Source of the DNA: Candidatus Stahliibacteriota bacterium
Lineage (GTDB): Bacteria; Hydrothermota; Tepidihabitantia; SM23-42
Direction: 5' to 3'
NCBI GenBank assembly: GCA_030606265.1
Contig: JAUWGT010000003.1
Span: forward strand, 1 to 35,992
Length of the DNA stretch: 35,992 nucleotides
Part shown: positions 1 through 7,569 of the stretch, in pieces
Layout of the letters: the number at the start of each line of letters is the position of its first letter
Position numbering within the stretch: position 1 is the first letter of the stretch
Program-made: the position numbers and the translations under genes
Notes under the pieces: generated by a model
What the model saw: the letters and a program-made list of their open reading frames with translations, nothing else
What the model was told of the DNA's origin: nothing
Database searches by the model: none

Positions 1-2
1 CA

Positions 3-278
3 GTAATTGCCGGCATAGTCTTTTCTATTATTGGAATATCACAGGATACGATCCTACAAGAAGATGTGCTTGCAGAAATACGGGGTCGTATTTTTGCCAC
101 CAAGGAATTCCTCATCAATGTGACCTTCATACTCTGCGCTGTATTCATCGGTATCATCTCGAATAATATGAAACCACATACTATTATTCTTGGTATTGGT
201 GTATTTCTCTGCCTGGTAACCGGTCTTGCCGTGCTCATATATCTCTCAATACCTGCCGATACCAGAACCAAACTTTGA
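3..278 (+). CDS. MFS transporter, C-terminal fragment (runs off window start)
   Basis: Frame is open from base 3 (VIAGIVFSIIGISQDTILQEDVLAEIRGRIF...). The LQ..V....RGR[IV]F loop followed by two hydrophobic helices is typical of MFS TM10-TM12. Confidence 0.7.
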   Translation, partial: VIAGIVFSIIGISQDTILQEDVLAEIRGRIFATKEFLINVTFILCAVFIGIISNNMKPHTIILGIGVFLCLVTGLAVLIYLSIPADTRTKL

Positions 279-291
279 CCCCAATCGCCTG

Positions 292-319
292 TTGACGCAG
301 TTCCTATTGCAGATATAAT
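292..319 (+). promoter_or_regulatory. sigma70-type promoter for nikR
   Basis: TTGACG (292-297), 16-bp spacer, TATAAT (314-319). Confidence 0.65.
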
Positions 320-331
320 CTAAATAGTATT

Positions 332-751
332 ATGGCTGATGCGATAAGGTTCGGCGTTTCAATGGATCAATCCCTGTTAAAGGATTTTGATGAACTCATC
401 GCAAAAATAGGTTATACCAATCGCTCTGAAGCGATCCGTGACCTCATCAGGGAACGTCTTATCCAACAAGAATGGCAAGCAAGTGATCAAGAAACAGTTG
501 GCACGATCACGCTTGTTTATGATCACGAAATACACGAACTGACTGAGACTCTAACTGCTTTACAGCATAAGTATCACAAACAGATTGTCTCAACTATGCA
601 CATTCATCTTGATAAACACAATTGTTTGGAGGTACTTATTGTTAGAGGCAAGGGAAATGTGATCAAGAAAATCGCCGATAAATTACAGAGTACAAAAGGC
701 GTAAAGCACGGTAAACTCATTACTACCACAACCGGACAAAAAGTCCGTTAG
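332..751 (+). CDS. nikR: Nickel-responsive transcriptional regulator NikR
   Basis: N-terminal RHH (RFGVSM...NRSEAIRDLIR) plus ACT-like domain carrying the Ni ligands QH, HIHLD and HNCLEV. Confidence 0.95.
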   Translation: MADAIRFGVSMDQSLLKDFDELIAKIGYTNRSEAIRDLIRERLIQQEWQASDQETVGTITLVYDHEIHELTETLTALQHKYHKQIVSTMHIHLDKHNCLEVLIVRGKGNVIKKIADKLQSTKGVKHGKLITTTTGQKVR

Positions 752-858
752 GAGAGCTCTGAAGAAGTATTCATCGCTCTCTCGATTACCCCATAAGTGT
801 AATAACTTACGGGGCAGACATCGATACAAGGAAAATCGAAGATCCCGCATAGCGGGAC
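752..858. repeat. Cluster of short palindromes (REP-like)
   Basis: GAGAGC..GCTCTC, CCCCATAAGT..ACTTACGGGG (789-814) and TCCCGC-ATA-GCGGGA (843-857). Confidence 0.45.
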
Positions 859-869
859 AGTGATATTAC

Positions 870-897
870 TTGACTTTGAAATTCCCCTAGATATAAT
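870..897 (+). promoter_or_regulatory. sigma70-type promoter for tRNA-Pro
   Basis: TTGACT (870-875), 16-bp spacer, TATAAT (892-897). Confidence 0.7.
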
Positions 898-949
898 TGA
901 CTATCTGTTCCTCCTGTTGATCGTGGCGACAGATAGGATAAGTTTCGTG

Positions 950-1023
950 CGGGGCGTGGCGCAGTGGATTAGCGCGCCAGCTTGGGGTGCTGGAGGTCGT
1001 CCGTTCAAATCGGATCGCCCCGA
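950..1023 (+). tRNA. tRNA-Pro(GGG), no encoded CCA
   Basis: Acceptor CGGGGCG/CGCCCCG, D-arm GCGC/GCGC, anticodon arm CCAGC-TTGGGGT-GCTGG, T-arm GTCCG-TTCAAAT-CGGAT, discriminator A. Confidence 0.96.
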
Positions 1024-1029
1024 CTTATA

Positions 1030-2208
1030 CTACTCAGTTAACGTAATCTCTCCTGCTTTCTGTAAGCCGTATTTTGTACATAACGGACCAATCAATTCAT
1101 ACACTACAGTGGTCGCGGTTATCGTCGTAAAGATCATCGCTCCGTACGCCGGATATAATGCCTTGGCAGAAAGAGCCACGCCCAGAGCAACACCTGCCTG
1201 GGGCACAAGGCCCCACGCCAGGTACTTTCCAATACGCGGATCAACCCGACTAATTCGAGCGCCTACTGCAACACCAACGAACTTTCCAATAACCCTGGAT
1301 ACAATATAGAGCAGTCCAACAATCCCGACCTGCGGAACCATGCCGATTTCCAGATTTGCGCCAACGAGAATAAAAAATGCCAGAAATAGAGCCATATCAA
1401 CCTTGCGCAACGATTCGAAATATGGCGTACTTCTGTTTGATATATTGGCAATAACGACACCACTGATCATGCTCGTCAAAAGTGATGATAAATGCAATTG
1501 AATTGATAAACCAACGATAAAAAGAATAAAGCCATGGGTTATAATGAGCAATTCCTCTTTATTCCTCACAAACTTCGAGAAGTAGTGCAAACCAACCCCC
1601 AATAGACCACCGAGCACAACCGACAAAAACACATGAGCAAGTGAACTTATAATAATAGTGAAATTGACTGACCCGCTCGCCAAAGCACTGGCTAACATTA
1701 TGCCAAATGCTGATAAGATCAAACACCAGGCATCATCGATTGCAACTACTCGCAAAAGCATTTCAGTAACCGTCCCTCGAGCACGATATTCCCTAATGAT
1801 CATGACTGTAGCCGCCGGTGCGGTGGCAGCTGCAGCCGCACCAAGCACAAAAGAAGGCGCTATCGCTGTGTTTCTCAAAACTGCATACGTAATCAATACA
1901 AGTGTAACAAGAATCGAGGCAAAACTTGCTTCTAAAAGGGATATCCAGATCACTGGAGAACCTGATGCTTTAATGCTTTTCATCGTAAAATTTGCGCCGA
2001 GTGAAAATGCGATTATCCCCAAAACGAAGTTCGATATAAAATCAGAGAGCATCATTATCCTTACCGGTATGAGATTCAGTAATGTGGGTCCGATGAGAAT
2101 ACCAACCAAAAGATATGTTGTTACCGCAGGAAAATGGACTTTACGCAACAACTTGGCGCCGAAATAACCAGTGATAATGATTAAAGCTAAACCAAGAGTG
2201 CTATTCAG
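1030..2208 (-). CDS. Cation:proton antiporter (CPA2/NapA-like), paralog B; probable CTG start at 2208 (ORF track starts at 2226)
   Basis: About 12-13 hydrophobic segments; ATAPAAT, VAIDDA, RVIGK and PQAGVALG motifs; N-terminus aligns with paralog A from the CTG codon. Confidence 0.88.
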   Translation of the reverse strand: MNSTLGLALIIITGYFGAKLLRKVHFPAVTTYLLVGILIGPTLLNLIPVRIMMLSDFISNFVLGIIAFSLGANFTMKSIKASGSPVIWISLLEASFASILVTLVLITYAVLRNTAIAPSFVLGAAAAATAPAATVMIIREYRARGTVTEMLLRVVAIDDAWCLILSAFGIMLASALASGSVNFTIIISSLAHVFLSVVLGGLLGVGLHYFSKFVRNKEELLIITHGFILFIVGLSIQLHLSSLLTSMISGVVIANISNRSTPYFESLRKVDMALFLAFFILVGANLEIGMVPQVGIVGLLYIVSRVIGKFVGVAVGARISRVDPRIGKYLAWGLVPQAGVALGVALSAKALYPAYGAMIFTTITATTVVYELIGPLCTKYGLQKAGEITLTE

Positions 2209-3379
2209 TTGATGGAATCTCCCCAACTTTAATCAAACTAATCTTTGTAAGAAGTGGACCTACTAATTCAAAGATCACTGTTGTTGCTGCGATCACTGTG
2301 AATATGTAATTACCAAAATCAGGAAAAGTTGATTTGGCGACGAGCCCAATGCCAAGCGCGACACCAGCCTGCGGCGTCAGACTCAACCCTATCCAATTCT
2401 CAATTGGCTTGGGTGCCTTGCTTATTCTCGCACCGAGTTTTGCACCGTACACTTTTCCGATAACACGAAAGATGATGTATAGCACACCCACAATACCCAT
2501 TTTATGAAGAATTGTGAAGTCTAAATGTGCGCCGGCAAGAATGAAGAAAATCAGATAGAGCGGTGCATCAACGGTTCTTATAACCTCAAAGAATTTGTAA
2601 TTCTCGCGCGCCAGATTGATCACAACAATACCCATCATCATTGAAGACAGTAAAATCGATACATGTATAGCAATAGAAAATCCAACGTTCAATAATATCA
2701 AACCAAAAATATAAACCAAGAACTCCTCAGAAGTTTTAACAAAGCGCCTTAGAAAGGAAAAGAGATAACCAAATGACGCACCGATAATAAGGGCTCCAAA
2801 TATCTCACCTACACCAGCAAAGACTATCGAGATCTGAAATACGTCCGCTCTCATGGCATTAGCAAACGCAATTGCCAAAGCAGCCAGCATAAGACACCAG
2901 GCATCATCAATGGCAACAACCTTAAGAAGCATTTCAGTAAAAAACCCACTGGCGCGATACTCACGGATGACCAAAACAGTCGCCGCAGGAGCAGTCGCCG
3001 AAGCCGCTGCGCCAAGCACAATTGCCGGATACATTGGTTGCCCAACAATGATCAGATAAGAAATAATTGCTCCCGAAACAAGCAGCCATGTTGCCAATGC
3101 TGCCATAAGAGAGATCCACATCACTTGTTTCATGCCTTTCTTTATCTCTTCCAGTCGGAAATTCTCACCCAGGCTAAAAGCAATAACTCCCAATACCAAA
3201 CTTGAGAAGAAGTCAGATGCCGCGAATATCCCCTCGGTGACGAAATCCAGAACATGGGGACCGATCAGAATGCCGACGAGAAGAAATGCGGTAACACTGG
3301 GCAAGCGAGCGTATTTCAAAAGACGAGCGCCGATAAAACCGAGTAACAGTATTAAACCAGCACTCAGGAGTGTATTCAC
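2201..3379 (-). CDS. Cation:proton antiporter (CPA2/NapA-like), paralog A
   Basis: Same motifs (ATAPAAT, VAIDDA, RVIGK, PQAGVALG); GTG start overlaps the CBS gene stop. Confidence 0.9.
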   Translation of the reverse strand: MNTLLSAGLILLLGFIGARLLKYARLPSVTAFLLVGILIGPHVLDFVTEGIFAASDFFSSLVLGVIAFSLGENFRLEEIKKGMKQVMWISLMAALATWLLVSGAIISYLIIVGQPMYPAIVLGAAASATAPAATVLVIREYRASGFFTEMLLKVVAIDDAWCLMLAALAIAFANAMRADVFQISIVFAGVGEIFGALIIGASFGYLFSFLRRFVKTSEEFLVYIFGLILLNVGFSIAIHVSILLSSMMMGIVVINLARENYKFFEVIRTVDAPLYLIFFILAGAHLDFTILHKMGIVGVLYIIFRVIGKVYGAKLGARISKAPKPIENWIGLSLTPQAGVALGIGLVAKSTFPDFGNYIFTVIAATTVIFELVGPLLTKISLIKVGEIPSTE

Positions 3380-3867
3380 TTTTTTATGATGTCGTATTCT
3401 TTGAAGATATATACAAAAATATCAAGTAAAGATAACATACCGACCAATTTCTTGTCAGAAACAACGGGCAGCAATTCAATATTGTGCAGTCTCATCAAAC
3501 GGCGAGCCTCTTTAACTGTGGTGTCTTCCTTCACAGAAATAAAATTCGTATTAACGATATCATCAACGAGAATTAACATGCCCATTTCAGGAGATAATTC
3601 AAGATCTAAATCCTCATCATCAACGCTTTCAACAAAAGGCATTCTCTTTACGATTTCACTGATCGACCTTGAGAATGGCCTAAAGATACTGCAGATACCA
3701 CGGTAGTTGACAGTACCAAGCAAGGTATTCTCTTTATCAACAACTGGAAACATATGTTGGTTAAGCTTCCTCATCAGCTTGATCAACTCAAGCAGAGTTG
3801 TTGAGGATTGCACGGAAATTATATCTCGATCCATCACCCCGGAAATTGGCAAATCTTCAATCTTCAT
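3376..3867 (-). CDS. Stand-alone CBS-pair protein
   Basis: Two CBS repeats (MFPVVDKENTLLGTV and LLPVVSDKKLVGML). Confidence 0.9.
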   Translation of the reverse strand: MKIEDLPISGVMDRDIISVQSSTTLLELIKLMRKLNQHMFPVVDKENTLLGTVNYRGICSIFRPFSRSISEIVKRMPFVESVDDEDLDLELSPEMGMLILVDDIVNTNFISVKEDTTVKEARRLMRLHNIELLPVVSDKKLVGMLSLLDIFVYIFKEYDIIKK

Positions 3868-3872
3868 ATTAT

Positions 3873-3900
3873 ATTATAGTCGCAATCCGATTTTTTTCAA
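3873..3900 (-). promoter_or_regulatory. Promoter for CBS-antiporter operon (leaderless)
   Basis: Minus strand TTGAAA, 16-bp spacer, TATAAT, then 5 nt to ATG; no SD. Confidence 0.6.
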
Positions 3901-3913
3901 TAGAAACATGATC

Positions 3914-5305
3914 TCATGCCAGAACTACTTTGTCGCGTCCAGATAATTTCCCTTCGTACATTGCTTTATCTGCCTGACCGATCAAGTCGTCGCGGGTTTT
4001 TGCATCATCAGGATAAGTTGCAACGCCAAGCGTAATAGAGATGTTGAATTTTTTATTACTGAATGCATAAAAGGACTCCTGGCTGATCTCTTTTCTGACC
4101 CGCTCAGCGATAACCCGGGCAGTCTTCTTGTCAGTACGAGGAAGAATGATAATGTACTCATCTCCACCGTACCGTATCACTACGTCCTCGTTTCTCACGA
4201 CCCGCTTTATCCTTTCCCCGACATACCTTAGCGTTTCACTGCCGACCAGATGTCCATAATTATCATCCACGAGTTTAAAAAAATCAATATCAAGAAAGAT
4301 CAGGGAAAGCACGACTTTCGATGATTTTCGGCTATTCAAATAGCTATCAAGATATCTATTACAAAAACGTACATTATATAGCTGCGTAAGGTCATCGATC
4401 AACGTGGCCTCTTCCATTTTACGGTACATGGTCGCATTTTGTAATGCAATGGTCACGTGAGCTACGAGATTCTCAAATATATCAAGGTCGTCACGGGTGA
4501 ACGGTTCACCACCAATCTTATTGACGACTTCAACGACGCCGATGATTTTTTCGCGACTGCGCATGGGAACACAAAGAATTGATTTCGTGATGAATTTCGT
4601 TTTCTTATCGAGACCAGAGTAGAATCTTGGATCCTTGGATACCTCGGGAACAATCAAAGACTGACCATACCGAGCGACCCAGCCAGCAACGCCCTGGCCA
4701 ACCTTCAATCTCAGGCCTAAAAGTTTCTTCCCGGCTTCACCCGCAACTGCTTCAAAGACAAGTTCGCTTTGGTCATGGTCAAGCAGCAGTATTGACCAAC
4801 CCTCAGCTCTTATTAAATCTGCGGTTTTCTCCATTATGATATGGAGAATTTCTTTCGGTTTTAGAGACGAACTTATTGCCTGAACGACCTCATTAAGTGT
4901 TCGCAGTTCCTGGATCTTTTGTTTGAGTGAAGCCATTGCCTTCATGTTTGTAAGGACTTTTTTTCTATTCTTCATCGCTTTAGCGACGACTTGCTTAAAA
5001 AAATCTGCTCGGTAGGGTCTAGTGATCAATCCTTCTATACCTACGAAAATAAGTTTTTCATGATCAATTTCAATCGCCCTATCAGTTATTAAAATGATCG
5101 GAACGGTCCCGTCCATTTTCCTCAGGCGTTCAAGTATCTCCACTGCCGATCCGTCAAAGATCAGCAAGTCAAATTTCTTCTTTCTCAAACGTTTCTTGAT
5201 ATCTTCGAGTTTTACCACTGCAGACCAATCAAGCCCCAGTTCCTGCAAATTGCGCGCCATCGTGGCAAGCCGCAGACGATCATTGTCATAGATAAGAGCT
5301 TCCAT
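3914..5305 (-). CDS. Diguanylate cyclase: atypical REC, coiled coil, GAF, GGDEF (start corrected to ATG 5305)
   Basis: DDLTQLYN, DIDFFKLVDDNYGHLVG, RYGGDEY with RNED I-site; GAF (GQGVAGWV, DPRF, SILCVPM, VNK); TAATG overlap with upstream stop. Confidence 0.92.
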   Translation of the reverse strand: MEALIYDNDRLRLATMARNLQELGLDWSAVVKLEDIKKRLRKKKFDLLIFDGSAVEILERLRKMDGTVPIILITDRAIEIDHEKLIFVGIEGLITRPYRADFFKQVVAKAMKNRKKVLTNMKAMASLKQKIQELRTLNEVVQAISSSLKPKEILHIIMEKTADLIRAEGWSILLLDHDQSELVFEAVAGEAGKKLLGLRLKVGQGVAGWVARYGQSLIVPEVSKDPRFYSGLDKKTKFITKSILCVPMRSREKIIGVVEVVNKIGGEPFTRDDLDIFENLVAHVTIALQNATMYRKMEEATLIDDLTQLYNVRFCNRYLDSYLNSRKSSKVVLSLIFLDIDFFKLVDDNYGHLVGSETLRYVGERIKRVVRNEDVVIRYGGDEYIIILPRTDKKTARVIAERVRKEISQESFYAFSNKKFNISITLGVATYPDDAKTRDDLIGQADKAMYEGKLSGRDKVVLA

Positions 5306-7569
5306 TATGTGTTTATTACTTCGTAAATCGGTTTTATCTTCTTCTTCTTCTGATTGTAGATGCAATTATCGCTAATCCACACGTCCGACACTTCACTGCT
5401 TACAACTGCTTTCTGTTTGTTGATTTCAGCCAAATAGTGAATCCCTCGAGGGATAATAGCTATTTTATGATCACCAAAGCGATAACCATGGTTGTTAAGT
5501 CGTAAATCTTCAACTGCTCGAATGTATTTTTCGAAATCCTCTTCTTCAGTCGGGTAATCATAACCTTCGATATTTAACACCATATTCACCAAGGAAGGGA
5601 AATCGCAGATAATAACTGAACGTCCTGGCTGACGTTCTAGAGAATAGAGGTTAGCGTCTGATATGATCGGCCCAACGAGATCCGGATCACCGAAAGAATT
5701 CGCTGAGAAAACAACATCTTTAGATGGCACACCCGAGGCTATCCCAACCCCTATCCTGAAAAGGCTTTTAAACTCTGGCGGCAATAAGGCATACGTGATA
5801 CCATCTAACTCAAGGGTCCTCTCAGCGACCTCTGCAAACCATTCACGATAGTGCATGAAGTTTGCGCGTATAAATTCTTCGGCTCGTTGAACCATATCCC
5901 GGGCACATAGTATCGCGCGCCTTGATGCATCCGCTGCTGGTATGAGATTAAACTCGGCCCCTGAAAAAATTGAAGAGCGCAATTTAATTCCACGACCGGT
6001 GATTGACTCAGTATAAAGATGGTTATATAGCGAACCTGAATTTTCGGCAAACCATACAAGACCGCCATCACCAGTATCCTTCAATAAAAAACCTCCATGT
6101 CGTTTGACAATCTCCGCCATCTCTTTAGCAAATTTATACTTTATCCGCTGCTCCTTAGCAGCATTGTGCAGCTTGATCCCCATATATGATGAACCCCGGA
6201 TATCATAAACCATGATCGTTATACACCGGCGCAATCTCTCTACATATTTCTTCACATCTTCAGGATAAGAACGCTTCTCAATAGGTACGCTCAAAATATT
6301 CTTGCCTTCAAGACCCAAGATTTTCAAATTTGCCAAATCCCGCACAACCCTGTTTGGCTGATCACTCGCCGGTGGAAAGCAGCCAACCAAATCAAACAAA
6401 CACTGCCCAAGATGTTGCGGGATAATACAATCCTTGATAAAATTACGGTAGGCCCGTGTAAGACCGTCAAAGTCCAAATCCACGGACAATAAACCTCGTT
6501 TCTCGAATTTATTGAGCATCGCCAAACTCGGACTTTTCTTACGGTGCAGTTGCTCAAATTCATGGATGAGTCTTTTGGTAAAAAGCTTTTGTTCATCTTT
6601 TGTCAGAGAACCAAATTTGTTATAGAACATGAATTCATCGTAGATTTCACGGGTCTTTTTACGTTTGTTGAATTCTCGTTTTTCGACATTGTTTCGAAAA
6701 TCTTCTTCCTGTTGTAAGAGTCTAAGTATTTCATCTCGTCGATTTTCATAGTCCTTTAGGTGATAAATGTTACCAAGAAAAAGCCGATCTAAACGGGAAA
6801 ATAGATTAGAAGTTTTTTGGGTGACGATTTTTATATCCGTCTGTTTTTCAACTTCGTTTTCAATAATGTCCCTCAAGCCTTTATCCGCTTCAAGATATAA
6901 TTCCTGCAACTGTTCTTTCAGACGACCAGAATACAGATCAATGTTTTCAAGCTCTTGTTCCATTTTTGTCGTTATTCCCCGCACCACCGAAGATATTTTC
7001 CTGATTAATTTCAAGAGCGAGACTTCAGATAAATAATCAAGATACACTCGGGGTATTTTCTTGAGCGCCTCCTTTATGCTGGTAAAACCAAGCCTTTCAA
7101 TATCTGAAAGCAAACCGGGCAAAAGGCTCTCCACACGGGAGGTCATAATGCTTTGGTGAACATACAGGAAAATATCAGGCGAAAAAGATACTTTCCTGAG
7201 TTCCTTTGTATAATCCTGTATGAATCTTTGTTTACCCATGTTCTTAATAAATCCAACAATGGCGTGGGGACATTTCTCAACCAGTGTATCAGGAACCGGT
7301 AACCCCATTTTCGTATGGCCGATATAAAGCGGTAGTTCATAACCATCATAATCAGCGAGCCGACGGCCCAGCCAGACCACAAAATTTGTTCGCTTCTCGA
7401 AAACTCTCAGGGATTCGTGCGAAATTCCAAGAAATTCCAACCCCTGTTTTATCGCGGTTAAATTGTACGCATAGTCACTGGCATTTATAAATCGCTCCAT
7501 AAGCAATGTACATTGCCGACTTTTTTCTTCCACTAAGTTCTGAATATCAGAAATCAAGTATTTGTTCAT
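5305..7569 (-). CDS. Large helical protein with C-terminal divergent class III nucleotidyl cyclase-like domain (paralog B)
   Basis: TIMVYDIRGSS, LKDTGDG, FRIGVGIASG and DLVGPIISDAN match the class III cyclase motif order; ATGA overlap with paralog A. Confidence 0.72.
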   Translation of the reverse strand: MNKYLISDIQNLVEEKSRQCTLLMERFINASDYAYNLTAIKQGLEFLGISHESLRVFEKRTNFVVWLGRRLADYDGYELPLYIGHTKMGLPVPDTLVEKCPHAIVGFIKNMGKQRFIQDYTKELRKVSFSPDIFLYVHQSIMTSRVESLLPGLLSDIERLGFTSIKEALKKIPRVYLDYLSEVSLLKLIRKISSVVRGITTKMEQELENIDLYSGRLKEQLQELYLEADKGLRDIIENEVEKQTDIKIVTQKTSNLFSRLDRLFLGNIYHLKDYENRRDEILRLLQQEEDFRNNVEKREFNKRKKTREIYDEFMFYNKFGSLTKDEQKLFTKRLIHEFEQLHRKKSPSLAMLNKFEKRGLLSVDLDFDGLTRAYRNFIKDCIIPQHLGQCLFDLVGCFPPASDQPNRVVRDLANLKILGLEGKNILSVPIEKRSYPEDVKKYVERLRRCITIMVYDIRGSSYMGIKLHNAAKEQRIKYKFAKEMAEIVKRHGGFLLKDTGDGGLVWFAENSGSLYNHLYTESITGRGIKLRSSIFSGAEFNLIPAADASRRAILCARDMVQRAEEFIRANFMHYREWFAEVAERTLELDGITYALLPPEFKSLFRIGVGIASGVPSKDVVFSANSFGDPDLVGPIISDANLYSLERQPGRSVIICDFPSLVNMVLNIEGYDYPTEEEDFEKYIRAVEDLRLNNHGYRFGDHKIAIIPRGIHYLAEINKQKAVVSSEVSDVWISDNCIYNQKKKKIKPIYEVINT

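Noticed and set aside
279-331. NikR operator / nickel uptake locus
   Set aside because: No convincing dyad resembling known NikR boxes, and no nickel transporter genes in the window.
950-1030. tRNA-anchored genomic island
   Set aside because: No integrase and no duplicated tRNA 3' end noticed in the window.
860-1309. 149-aa ORF on + strand
   Set aside because: Overlaps the tRNA-Pro gene, its promoter and the antisense of the antiporter; no protein motif.
1658-3389. Antisense ORFs (1658..2167, 2853..3059, 3132..3389) that resemble each other
   Set aside because: The similarity is the shadow of the two paralogous antiporters on the opposite strand.
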